Notes under the pieces: model-generated | What the model was told of the DNA's origin: nothing | The model's input: the letters and a program-made list of their open reading frames with translations, nothing else | Databases searched by the model: none | Translations under genes and position numbers: made by a program | Assembly (NCBI GenBank): GCA_013138965.1 | Contig: WTBT01000058.1 | Coordinates: 815-64,814 of the forward strand | DNA length: 64,000 nucleotides | Source of the DNA: Candidatus Aegiribacteria sp. | Lineage (GTDB): Bacteria > Fermentibacterota > Fermentibacteria > Fermentibacterales > JCC-6 | Reading direction: 5' to 3' | Part shown: positions 10,374 to 20,363 of the stretch, piece after piece | How the letters are laid out: the number at the start of each line of letters is the position of its first letter | How positions within the stretch are numbered: the first letter of the stretch is position 1

Positions 10374-10933
10374 TGGCAAAAGCAGCGACTGGTAGAAGTC
10401 ACAGAATCAGGCATGTGTCGGAGCTTGATCTCCTCCCGGTCATGAACCTGTTTTGTGTAATAATACCATTCCTGCTTCTGAGCGCGTCATTTCTGGAAAT
10501 TACAATTATCGAGATGTCTCCAACTGAAGGCATCAGTACAGGAGCTGGAACCACAAGTCTGGCCCAGTCGGAGGAACAGCAGCTTCAGCCCAAGATAATC
10601 TTGACTAATGAGGAAATGTTTCTGGGCACGGTATTCGGAACAAGGTCAATCGGCAGAGTGTTCCTGGAAGACAGGCACGGGGAAATGGTGAACACCTACG
10701 ATTACGATGCTCTCTCTGATGCTCTCGGAGATTTCAGGGAAGAGCTTGACGGAGCTTTTCCAACCATTCCCGTGCATAAGATAACAATTCTTACGGTTGA
10801 TGATGTCCGATACGATAATATTGTTATGACAATCGATGTGTGCGCCTATCATGCTTTTGACCAGCCCGGCCTGCAGGTGGCAGCGTATAACGTACTTCAG
10901 CGACAGATCTTTGCGGGAGCAGCAGGTGAGTAA
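10373..10933 (+). CDS. exbD: ExbD/TolR biopolymer transport protein.
   Basis: N-terminal LDLLPVMNLFCVIIPFLLL TM helix followed by a periplasmic domain, typical of ExbD/TolR. Translationally coupled to exbB (ATGA overlap). Confidence 0.7.
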   Translation: MAKAATGRSHRIRHVSELDLLPVMNLFCVIIPFLLLSASFLEITIIEMSPTEGISTGAGTTSLAQSEEQQLQPKIILTNEEMFLGTVFGTRSIGRVFLEDRHGEMVNTYDYDALSDALGDFREELDGAFPTIPVHKITILTVDDVRYDNIVMTIDVCAYHAFDQPGLQVAAYNVLQRQIFAGAAGE

Positions 10934-10936
10934 ATC

Positions 10937-11473
10937 ATGAGCGCGCCAACCAAACGTCATCTCCCCCTTACGCTGGGATACAGGAAAACTAAAGCAGTTG
11001 TCAGGGGTAAGGATAAGAAGGTAACACTGAATCTTACATCCATGATTGACATGTTCACCATTCTGGTGGTCTTCCTGCTTAAGAGCTACAGTGCCGAGGG
11101 ACAAATCGTTTCACTCAGTGACGCGCTTACTCTGCCCGAGTCAAGTTCTGAACGGAAGATTGAGTTGAACCTTGAGATAATAGTGACAAATGATGCAATA
11201 ATCGTAGACGGGGAACCTATTGTATTCGTAGATGAGTTAATTTTGAGTGAAGGCAATCCCATTCCTGTCCTTGTGGAAAGACTTTCTGACCATCTGGAAT
11301 ATACCAGGCAGATGCGTGGTATCATAGATGAGACGGAAATGAGGGTTAACATTCAGGGAGACGTCGCAACCCGGGCTATTCTTCTTCAGAGAGTCATGAG
11401 CAGCTGTGCCCAGGCGGGCTACACCACCCAGAATCTGACCGTAATCAAGGTGGAAGGTGACGATGAACAATGA
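10937..11473 (+). CDS. exbD: ExbD/TolR biopolymer transport protein, second paralog.
   Basis: LTSMIDMFTILVVFLLKSY TM helix plus an ExbD-like periplasmic domain. Tandem to the first exbD. Confidence 0.7.
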   Translation: MSAPTKRHLPLTLGYRKTKAVVRGKDKKVTLNLTSMIDMFTILVVFLLKSYSAEGQIVSLSDALTLPESSSERKIELNLEIIVTNDAIIVDGEPIVFVDELILSEGNPIPVLVERLSDHLEYTRQMRGIIDETEMRVNIQGDVATRAILLQRVMSSCAQAGYTTQNLTVIKVEGDDEQ

Positions 11474-13338
11474 CACCTGATAAGGAAGGTCAAAAGAAAG
11501 TATTCGCGATTGCCATTATGCGGGACGGTAAGGTTGTCAACAAGCTGATTCCCGACAAGAAGCCTGTCAGGCTTGGCACAGGATACAATAACAATATTGT
11601 TGTTGAGGGAAACAACCTGCCTGACAGCATGGTTTTTATAACTCCCGGCGAGAATGACGAAACCTGGATTCTGAGACTCTCAGACAATATGGACGCTACC
11701 ATCGAGTCGGGAGACGGAGCGATCCTTAAATTCGCCGACCTCAGGGACCTGGGCATCTTCCCGGTTGATCCTGACGGCTTCTATCTTCTCAATATTAAAT
11801 ACCTCGATCAGGGGCAGATCGAAGTTGGTTCCTTTCTGATTCATTTTGGATTCATCATTCCCGCAAAGGAAGAGGCTAAGCCGCCGAAGAAAAAAGAGAA
11901 GAAACTGAAGGATGAACAGGCCAGAGAGAAGAAGGAAGAAAAACCGGATAACCGGGTTCTTAAGATTACCATTGAAGACCCTGGCGGAAAAACGGAGATT
12001 ATACCTAATGCCGGCCTGATGACAGTCGGCGAAGCCGAATACAATACGGTAACCGCGAAGAATGCCGGTCTGCCCAGAATTCATACACTTCTTGAACCCC
12101 ATAATAACAAGTATATCCTTAGATTGATACCCGGTATAAAGGGTGGAGTGGAGGTTAAGGGAAGCGTTCTGCCCTTTCATACTATAATCGAGCGCAACCT
12201 CATGCAGCATCATAAACCGGACGATTCCTACACCTGGATCTTCGATAAGAGTGTCAGCGGTGTCTTCACCCTCGGTAATATTGAGATATTCTTCAGTTTC
12301 ATAGAACCTCCAAAAGTTGAGAAGAAACCCGAACCCAAACCTGTGACACCCTGGAAGAAGTACATCGCCCCTGAATACAACTGGGAGGGTTTCGCCACCA
12401 GACCCCATGATGGATTGGCAATGAAGGGAAACCGTGAGGAATCCAACAGGATTGCCCTTGTTCTCGGACTTGGCCTCGCGCTTGCCTTTCTTACAGGTGC
12501 GGTCTTTGACAGATTGGTTACGGTAGTCCACGAAACCAAGGAGCAGATGCTTCGAAGTGCGCCAACTGCCCGTGTGGCTACGCTTGCCAGTCAGCCCAGC
12601 CGGACGGGGATCGGCGAGGAGATTATAGCCGATATGAACATAGGCGAGGAAACGGTGCAAGTCGGTTCCGGAGGCGGTGAACCAGCCGGAAGCGGAGATG
12701 AATCCGGTGGTGTTTCTGACGGCCAGGCCGCTGGTGAAGCCGTTCTTCAGAGTATAGGATTTGCAGCATACGGCACCGGAGGTACCGGCGGTTCTGCAGG
12801 TATCGCGACCGACCTGCAGACGGCTGCAGCAACAGGTGCCGGGCTTGCGTCCGGAGGTGCAGGAGAAGCAATGATCGCCGGAGCAGGCGGAGGTGGTTCG
12901 GGGGGCATCAGCGGTCTTATTGGAGCAGGCGGTGGCCCCAGCGCAAATATAGAGGGAGTTTCCTCAAGTGAAGTCGAGGCTGTTCACAGAGCAGCAGATG
13001 TTTCTTTCTCCACCCATTCTTCGAGTTCACAGATTGGTGTTCAGGGGAGGAGCATGAACGATATCCGACGCAAGATCAATATGATTAACATGCGGGTAAA
13101 GCGTGCTTACGAAGATCTTCTAAGAAGTAATCCAGCTGCAGGCGGGACCATTAATGTCAGCTTTTCAATCACACCGGGCGGCTCCGTTGTTGGAGTAAGT
13201 GTTTCGGCATCAGGCAGCCTTGCTACACTTGAACCGGTGGTCAGGGCTGCTGTACAGTCTCTGAACTTCGGGGTGTCCAGTGAACAGACCGAAAACATCC
13301 CGATGAGTGTACCTATGAACCTGATACCACCCGAGTAA
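11470..13338 (+). CDS. Atypical TonB-family energy transducer of 622 aa. About 330 aa of cytoplasmic N-terminus with an internal ~130 aa duplication and a Lys/Glu-rich linker, one TM helix, a Gly/Ala-rich periplasmic linker and a C-terminal TonB_C-like domain.
   Basis: C-terminal ~80 aa match the TonB C-terminal domain pattern (...VSFSITPGGSVVGVSVSASGS...). TM helix at ALVLGLGLALAFLTGAVF. N-terminal repeats WILRLSDNMDATIESGDG and YILRLIPGIKGGVEVKGS. Lies in the exbB-exbD-exbD context. Confidence 0.55.
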   Translation: MTPDKEGQKKVFAIAIMRDGKVVNKLIPDKKPVRLGTGYNNNIVVEGNNLPDSMVFITPGENDETWILRLSDNMDATIESGDGAILKFADLRDLGIFPVDPDGFYLLNIKYLDQGQIEVGSFLIHFGFIIPAKEEAKPPKKKEKKLKDEQAREKKEEKPDNRVLKITIEDPGGKTEIIPNAGLMTVGEAEYNTVTAKNAGLPRIHTLLEPHNNKYILRLIPGIKGGVEVKGSVLPFHTIIERNLMQHHKPDDSYTWIFDKSVSGVFTLGNIEIFFSFIEPPKVEKKPEPKPVTPWKKYIAPEYNWEGFATRPHDGLAMKGNREESNRIALVLGLGLALAFLTGAVFDRLVTVVHETKEQMLRSAPTARVATLASQPSRTGIGEEIIADMNIGEETVQVGSGGGEPAGSGDESGGVSDGQAAGEAVLQSIGFAAYGTGGTGGSAGIATDLQTAAATGAGLASGGAGEAMIAGAGGGGSGGISGLIGAGGGPSANIEGVSSSEVEAVHRAADVSFSTHSSSSQIGVQGRSMNDIRRKINMINMRVKRAYEDLLRSNPAAGGTINVSFSITPGGSVVGVSVSASGSLATLEPVVRAAVQSLNFGVSSEQTENIPMSVPMNLIPPE

Positions 13339-13453
13339 TAATTAGGGACGGAGGTATTTTATTTCGTAATCTGAAATAATGTGAGGTATTTGCCTTCTCT
13401 TAGAACATATTATTTACTATATTAAAATAAAATACCTCCGTCCCTAATTAATT
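13339..13453. repeat. Large inverted repeat. About 26 bp perfect arms (TAATTAGGGACGGAGGTATTTTATTT / reverse complement) with a ~60 nt loop, starting right after the TonB-like stop codon. Same core as the 17256-17304 element.
   Basis: Arms read directly at 13339-13364 and 13425-13450. Shared 17-mer AATTAGGGACGGAGGTA. Confidence 0.7.
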
Positions 13454-13455
13454 AA

Positions 13456-13489
13456 GCAGCCCCGGACATTTGTCCGGGGCTGCTCTTTT
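13456..13489 (+). terminator. Rho-independent terminator hairpin (GCAGCCCCGGACA-TTT-TGTCCGGGGCTGC followed by TCTTTT) between the convergent TonB-like and groEL genes. Probably works in both directions.
   Basis: Perfect 13 bp GC-rich stem plus T-tract, read directly. Confidence 0.65.
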
Positions 13490-13506
13490 GGTGAGTATGA
13501 AGGTTT

Positions 13507-15144
<1,638 letters not shown>

Positions 15145-15158
15145 TTATTACCTCCTGG

Positions 15159-15461
15159 TTACCTGTTCAGTACGGCGAGAATATCATCCTCGCGCACAAT
15201 AACGTACTCATCATCCAGTACTTTTATTTCCGTACCGGAGTACTTGCCTATAAGAACGCGATCTCCCTTTTTTATAACGGGAGTCAGGAAGCCATCTCCG
15301 TCAGTATTTCTTTTACCCTGTCCGACAGCTTCAACGATACCCTCAAGGGGTTTCTCCTTTGCGGTATCAGGGATAACGATACCACCTTTTACTGTTTCTT
15401 TCGGCTCTTCCCGTTTGATCAGTACACGGTCAAAGAGCGGGCGAATAGCATTTTCACCCAT
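15159..15461 (-). CDS. groES: Co-chaperonin GroES (10 kDa).
   Basis: 100 aa with IRPLFDRVLIKR...GGIVIPD. Immediately upstream of groEL. Confidence 0.9.
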   Translation of the reverse strand: MGENAIRPLFDRVLIKREEPKETVKGGIVIPDTAKEKPLEGIVEAVGQGKRNTDGDGFLTPVIKKGDRVLIGKYSGTEIKVLDDEYVIVREDDILAVLNR

Positions 15462-15762
15462 GTGTTTTCTCCCATCCTCAGTTAAGTTAGGTTAATTGAC
15501 ATTTCTAATCTAAATTCCGCAGTTTAAGGTAAAGCAAGGTAAATGCCAACTGCTGGATCAACCTGACATGAATCGTAAAATGACTTGCAGCACAGTGTCA
15601 TATGGGTATATCTAATATCAGACGCAGAAGGGGAAGAACTCCTTGCGTGTATTCATGAGTCAGAATGACACATTCCCGGTGCAGGTTGTATTATCTTCAT
15701 GGGAAAAGCTGTATATTGAAGATGTTGTATTGAATATATCTTTCATCGTTGGCGGAGATTAT

Positions 15763-17277
15763 ATGGACATGATTACTATCGGAACAGAAGGAACGGACCT
15801 CGGGCAGGTACTGAGAATTGCTGACGGAGCTTCTGCTGCATTATCGGAAGATGCCAGGCTTGTTATCAGGAATTCGCGAAAATGGACTGAAGAAGTAGTC
15901 CGTAGCGGTGAACCTGTTTACGGAGTGAATACCGGATTCGGAAGACTTGCCAATTCAATCGTGAGTTCCGACAACCTTGAACTATTGCAGAAGAACCTGC
16001 TGCTCAGCCATGCCTGTGGGACTGGTCCGATATGTTCCAGATCCGTTACAAGAGTAATGATGTTCCTGAGGATAGCATCGCTTGCCAGGGGAAGATCCGG
16101 TATTCGCGAGCAGACACTTGATCAGATGCTTGCAATCCTGGGCAGCGAGATTTATCCGGCAGTTCCCATCAAAGGATCTCTCGGAGCATCCGGTGATCTT
16201 GCCCCCCTTGCTCATCTGAGTTTGCCTCTGATAGGGAAGGGCAAGTGTGTGGATTCAGGTGAAATCATTTCAGGAGAGGAAGCCCTTAAAAGAATCGGAC
16301 TTGAACCTGTTACGCTTGGAGCCAAAGAAGGTCTTGCGCTTATTAACGGTACGCAGACAATGACAGCCTTAACGTCACTGGCATACATTGAAGCGTGTAG
16401 ACTGGCTGATGCCGCGGATGCCGCGGCAGCGATGTCTCTTGAAGTGCTGCTGGGCACAACACTCCCTTTCAGCAGGGAACTGATAGGACTGCGACCTCAT
16501 AGAGGCGCAATTGAGACCGCCGAAAACCTGCTGGCTCTCATCCGGGACAGTGAGATTCTGATATCACATAAAGCCTGTGACAAGGTTCAGGATGCTTACT
16601 CGCTCAGGTGTGTCCCTCAGGTTCACGGAGCAACCAGGGATGCGTTGCGTTACATTGAGTCGGTATTGTCGGTGGAGCTTTCGTCGGTAACTGATAATCC
16701 CCTTCTGATGGATGATGGCACCTTTGTAAGCGGAGGTAATTTCCACGGGCAGCCTGTAGCCTTTGCCGCAGATCATCTTGCCCTTTGCGTGGCTGAGCTG
16801 GCTGACATATCCGAGCGGCGGATTGAAAGGCTGCTTAACCCGGATCTCAGCGGATTGCCCGCTTTTCTTACTCCTGATCCCGGCATTAATTCCGGCTTCA
16901 TGATAGCCCAGTACACCGCTGCCGCTCTCGTAAGCGAAAACAAAGTTCTGGCCCATCCTGCCAGCGTGGACAGTATTCCTGTGAGCGGCTCACAGGAAGA
17001 TCATGTATCCATGGGTACTACGGCTGCTTACCAGGCTCTGAACGTACTTGAGAATTCAACCTATGTAATCGCTACCGAGCTTATGTGCGCGGCCCAGGCT
17101 GCGGAGTTCATACACCGGGGTAAGCATGGCCGCGGGACAGGCAGGATTTACAGGGCTATCCGCGAAAAGGTTGAACCGCTTGAGGAGGACAGGCAGTTCG
17201 TCGAAGATATCGAAGCTGTAGCTTCGATGGTTTCGTCCGGTGTATTCGGCGAAATAATTAGGGACGGAGGTAATTAG
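15763..17277 (+). CDS. hutH: Histidine ammonia-lyase (MIO-dependent aromatic amino acid lyase family).
   Basis: GSLGASGDLAPLAHL motif (the Ala-Ser-Gly MIO precursor). Start moved to MDMITIG, which has a GGAG RBS. The last 7 codons lie inside the palindromic repeat. Confidence 0.85.
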   Translation: MDMITIGTEGTDLGQVLRIADGASAALSEDARLVIRNSRKWTEEVVRSGEPVYGVNTGFGRLANSIVSSDNLELLQKNLLLSHACGTGPICSRSVTRVMMFLRIASLARGRSGIREQTLDQMLAILGSEIYPAVPIKGSLGASGDLAPLAHLSLPLIGKGKCVDSGEIISGEEALKRIGLEPVTLGAKEGLALINGTQTMTALTSLAYIEACRLADAADAAAAMSLEVLLGTTLPFSRELIGLRPHRGAIETAENLLALIRDSEILISHKACDKVQDAYSLRCVPQVHGATRDALRYIESVLSVELSSVTDNPLLMDDGTFVSGGNFHGQPVAFAADHLALCVAELADISERRIERLLNPDLSGLPAFLTPDPGINSGFMIAQYTAAALVSENKVLAHPASVDSIPVSGSQEDHVSMGTTAAYQALNVLENSTYVIATELMCAAQAAEFIHRGKHGRGTGRIYRAIREKVEPLEEDRQFVEDIEAVASMVSSGVFGEIIRDGGN

Positions 17278-17304
17278 AAAATCTAATTACCTCCGTCCCT
17301 AATA
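17256..17304. repeat. Perfect 21 bp stem / 5 nt loop hairpin (ATTAGGGACGGAGGTAATTAG AAAAT CTAATTACCTCCGTCCCTAAT). It fills the whole 28 bp gap between the convergent hutH and fmdB-like stops, and the same core 17-mer occurs at 13339-13453. Bidirectional terminator / palindromic repeat family.
   Basis: Read directly. The hutH stop TAG sits inside the left arm. Confidence 0.75.
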
Positions 17305-17305
17305 G

Positions 17306-17719
17306 TTACGCTTCGTAAAGGCCGGGTGCGTGTGAAGGTGAAGCACCGCCTTCACCTATATCGAAGCCTGATTCCTCAAGATCCCTCTCTATTTTCTCAG
17401 GGTCTTCTCCCGCTTCCAGCCTTGACAGGGCTTCGTTAACTTCGGGTCCCAGATCCTCGCCCATTTCATCGGCCATATGCCGGATAGCGCTGGCCATGGC
17501 TTTCGGATCCTCAGTATCGAGCCCCGCCAGCGAGGGATCATCGGCCATATCCTCCATGGAGGATGAGACGCTTTTTACCGAAAACGTGCTCATAACCTTT
17601 TCCATTCTGTCACCCTTTCCGCATTCAGGGCAGACGGGAGCTGTTTTACCGGAAGGATTTCTAACCAGAAATTGAAATATCGTATTGCACTGTCTGCAGA
17701 GGTATTCATAGATGGGCAT
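17306..17719 (-). CDS. FmdB-family zinc-ribbon protein with a long acidic C-terminal extension.
   Basis: MPIYEYLCRQCNTIFQF...CPECGKGD, the classic FmdB CxxC...CxxC N-terminus. Confidence 0.6.
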   Translation of the reverse strand: MPIYEYLCRQCNTIFQFLVRNPSGKTAPVCPECGKGDRMEKVMSTFSVKSVSSSMEDMADDPSLAGLDTEDPKAMASAIRHMADEMGEDLGPEVNEALSRLEAGEDPEKIERDLEESGFDIGEGGASPSHAPGLYEA

Positions 17720-18315
17720 TATCCGCTCCCTTTCAGTATTCCGTGACTTTCGAGAAAGAGCCTGTGAATGCTGCTGTCGGGTGTCAATTCCGGATGGAAC
17801 GATGACAGCCAGAGATTCCCCTGCCTCAGAAGGACCGGCCCATCTTTAACCCGGCTCAGAACTGAAACCTCATCGGACAGAGGCAGCAGGAGGGGAGCTC
17901 TGATGAATACTCCTTTGAAAAGTTCGGCAAGACCGGCTACATTGATGTTCTCTACGAAGCTGCTTGTCTGACGGCCGAAATAATTTCGGACTGCTCTTAC
18001 GTCGGCAAGCCCAAGGCTGTTCTGACTTACTTCATGTTCCTTTTCATCGATCTCTTTTGAAAGAATCACAGCTCCCGCACATGTGCCGAAGATGGGGAAT
18101 CCTGCTTCTCCCATCTCTTTAAGAGGACGGGTAAGTTCCCATCTGTTCATGAGTGAGATAATGGTGGTCGATTCTCCACCGGGAAGAATAAGGGCCGAAA
18201 TGGATTTCAGGTCATCCGGAGTTCGAATCTCCTTAACGAAGCATCCCAGTTTCATGAGAATTGAGATGTGCTCTGCTACACCGCCCTGAAGGGCAAGAAC
18301 TCCTACGGCAGGCAA
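17719..18315 (-). CDS. pdxT: Pyridoxal 5'-phosphate synthase glutaminase subunit PdxT.
   Basis: VGVLALQGGVAEHI...LILPGGESTT. Immediately downstream of pdxS. Confidence 0.85.
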   Translation of the reverse strand: MPAVGVLALQGGVAEHISILMKLGCFVKEIRTPDDLKSISALILPGGESTTIISLMNRWELTRPLKEMGEAGFPIFGTCAGAVILSKEIDEKEHEVSQNSLGLADVRAVRNYFGRQTSSFVENINVAGLAELFKGVFIRAPLLLPLSDEVSVLSRVKDGPVLLRQGNLWLSSFHPELTPDSSIHRLFLESHGILKGSG

Positions 18316-18318
18316 GGT

Positions 18319-19212
18319 TTACCAGCCCCTGCGAGCCATTCGTTCTTCATCGGCAAGCGTGGAAATGTTTATTCCCACCATTGCTTCGCCAAGGTTCCTG
18401 GAGATTTCGGCAAGCACTTCGGGTGAATCGAACCTGCTTACAGCTTCGACTATCGCTCTTGCTCGCTTTTCAGGATTGCCACTCTTGAAGATTCCGCTGC
18501 CAACAAAGACCCCATCCATACCAAGCTGCATCATCAATGCCGCGTCAGCAGGTGTTGCCAACCCTCCAGCGGCGAAATTTACAACCGGAAGGTGCCCGTT
18601 TTCATGAACGTATCTTACAAGGTCATACGGGGCGCCCATTTCCTTCGCAATTGTCATTAACTCCTCAATCGGTGTAACCTTGAGTTTCCTGATAGCTCCC
18701 ATTAGAGCCCTGGCATGCCTGACAGCCTCGACTACATTACCAGTGCCTGCTTCTCCCTTGGTGCGGATCATTGCGGCGCCTTCGCCTATCCTTCTCAATG
18801 CCTCGCCCAGATTGGTTGCTCCGCATACGAAAGGTACGCTGAAATCATGCTTGTTCACATGGTTCTTCTCATCGGCGGGTGTGAGTACCTCGGATTCATC
18901 GATATAATCAATCTGCATCGCTTCAAGGATCTGGGCTTCGACAAAGTGCCCTATCCTGCATTTCGCCATGACAGGAATATTAACCTGCTCCTGGATGCTT
19001 CTTATCATATCAGGGTCGGACATTCTGGCAACACCACCCTGACTGCGAATGTCAGCAGGTACTCGTTCCAGAGCCATTACAGCCACGGCCCCCGCTTCCT
19101 GTGCGATTAGAGCGTGCTCCGGAGTGACAACATCCATAATCACTCCGCCTTTAAGCATCTGAGCGAGTCCTTTCTTTGCTTCCCAGGTTCCTTCTTTTCT
19201 TGAGTTTTTCAT
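18319..19212 (-). CDS. pdxS: Pyridoxal 5'-phosphate synthase lyase subunit PdxS.
   Basis: [35 protein letters not shown]..., strongly conserved PdxS/SNZ sequence. Confidence 0.9.
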   Translation of the reverse strand: MKNSRKEGTWEAKKGLAQMLKGGVIMDVVTPEHALIAQEAGAVAVMALERVPADIRSQGGVARMSDPDMIRSIQEQVNIPVMAKCRIGHFVEAQILEAMQIDYIDESEVLTPADEKNHVNKHDFSVPFVCGATNLGEALRRIGEGAAMIRTKGEAGTGNVVEAVRHARALMGAIRKLKVTPIEELMTIAKEMGAPYDLVRYVHENGHLPVVNFAAGGLATPADAALMMQLGMDGVFVGSGIFKSGNPEKRARAIVEAVSRFDSPEVLAEISRNLGEAMVGINISTLADEERMARRGW

Positions 19213-19688
19213 TGATTTTCCTCTTTCGTAAATAATTTAAAAAATTTCATCTCATCAATTCGCCATATGGAGTCAGTGATCAGAAGCGCATTCTCAAGTT
19301 CGATACACACGGTGCTTTCAGGAACACCTGTCTGGTGATAGGTTCTCTGAATGTCCGAAAAAACTCTCAGGTATTCCTTTGAAGAATTAAGATACGATAA
19401 CCATACCTCTGCAGTGCTGTCCGGAAATACCGTTATGAGGTTTTCCGCTTCACTGATTGCCGCGTCAGCCCTTATCCAGGCAAGATCCAGAACCCACAGT
19501 CTTACAGGTGTATCCGGATAGACCGGGCACTCGGGCACAGCTTCGAGATATGAGTCAAGAAGCCCCGAGATCTCCCGGTCAAAGGTAACTATGAACTGCA
19601 TGATCTGAGGTTCGGGGACCCTTATCTCAGCAGTATGTTCTTCAACGGGCAAAAGCACAAGAATCAGAGTAGACAATATTGTTTTCAT
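19209..19688 (-). CDS. Hypothetical secreted protein of 159 aa. Start at [14 protein letters not shown]; the long ORF-track extension through the upstream tandem repeat is probably not coding.
   Basis: Signal-peptide-like N-terminus. ATGA overlap with pdxS. The ATG at 19686-19688 was verified by reverse complement. Confidence 0.4.
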   Translation of the reverse strand: MKTILSTLILVLLPVEEHTAEIRVPEPQIMQFIVTFDREISGLLDSYLEAVPECPVYPDTPVRLWVLDLAWIRADAAISEAENLITVFPDSTAEVWLSYLNSSKEYLRVFSDIQRTYHQTGVPESTVCIELENALLITDSIWRIDEMKFFKLFTKEENQ

Positions 19689-19751
19689 AGTAATGCAAAT
19701 ATAGGAGTTTTGCCGGTAAGTTTCAAGAATCACAGAACAACTGAATAAAGA

Positions 19752-19865
19752 ACAATATGAAATTCGTTGCACCGGATCGCAGGCGACCGGTGAACTCTGT
19801 GAACAGGTACAATATGAAATTCGTTGCACCGGATCGCAGACGGCCGGTGAACTCGGTGAACAGCA
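19752..19865. repeat. Two tandem ~57 bp direct repeats with about 4 mismatches. Each contains the palindrome CACCGG-N11-CCGGTG and a GTGAAC direct pair. They sit in a divergent intergenic region and are followed by nested CTGGAAA/TTTCCAG palindromes at 19866-19902.
   Basis: Unit 1 at 19752-19808 and unit 2 at 19809-19865, read directly (ACAATATGAAATTCGTTGCACCGGATCGCAG...GTGAACTC.GTGAACAG). Confidence 0.8.
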
Positions 19866-19963
19866 GACTGGAAATTCATCTTTCCAGTCCCTGGAAAGGG
19901 TCTTTTCAGATCGATGATTGAGTTGTAGATTATGAAACATCAGGATTTGGTCTATTCTGGAAA

Positions 19964-20362
19964 GTGAGTTCTACTTTGAAGACAATGCTATCTGTTTTAC
20001 TGATCATATCAGTTTCCGCTGGAGAGATATGCTCTGATCTCCGAACGATCGGAGTGCCCGTGCATTCCGCATATCTGCAGGACAGTATGTTTGTGGTCTC
20101 CATATCAGGTTCACTGGCCGAGGGAGACTCTCTGCTGAAGCATTACGGAGGTATCTTTTTTGTAGCTGTAGACAGCATCGTAGCCGGATGGGATGTCTGC
20201 GGGATTGCGGTTGAACTGGACAAGGCCACTCTTGTTCTTCAAATGTGTGATATGATCCAACTGTTCGAATGGATCTCAGAAAGCAGTGATGATGCAGCTA
20301 TAGCTGAATGGGTTCTCAATCATACCAGGGTTATCAGGGGTACGGAGTCAGATCAGCCTTAG
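19964..20362 (+). CDS. Hypothetical small secreted protein.
   Basis: ORF with signal-peptide-like MLSVLLIISVSAGEICS. No recognisable domain. Confidence 0.3.
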   Translation: MSSTLKTMLSVLLIISVSAGEICSDLRTIGVPVHSAYLQDSMFVVSISGSLAEGDSLLKHYGGIFFVAVDSIVAGWDVCGIAVELDKATLVLQMCDMIQLFEWISESSDDAAIAEWVLNHTRVIRGTESDQP

Positions 20363-20363
20363 G

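Noticed and set aside
11680-12660. A 326 aa minus-strand ORF antisense to the TonB-like gene. Similar long antisense ORFs occur at 6171-6788, 23200-24042 and 25365-26284.
   Set aside because: They lie entirely within strongly supported sense-strand genes and have low-complexity or implausible composition. They are typical spurious antisense ORFs.
15462-15762. Looked for a CIRCE/HrcA operator (TTAGCACTC-N9-GAGTGCTAA) upstream of groES.
   Set aside because: No CIRCE-like inverted repeat is present in the 300 bp divergent region. Heat-shock control must use another mechanism.
18160-18245. A perfect tRNA T-arm-like sequence GGAGTTCGAATCTCC that suggested a tRNA gene.
   Set aside because: It lies inside the well-conserved pdxT coding sequence, and no matching acceptor, D or anticodon arms can be built around it.
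19689-19940. ORF-track extension of the 19209..19940 minus-strand ORF, which encodes a repeated Cys-rich peptide.
   Set aside because: The repeated peptide is a translation of the 57 bp tandem DNA repeat. A clean signal peptide with its own ATG starts at 19688, and the extension runs into the divergent promoter.
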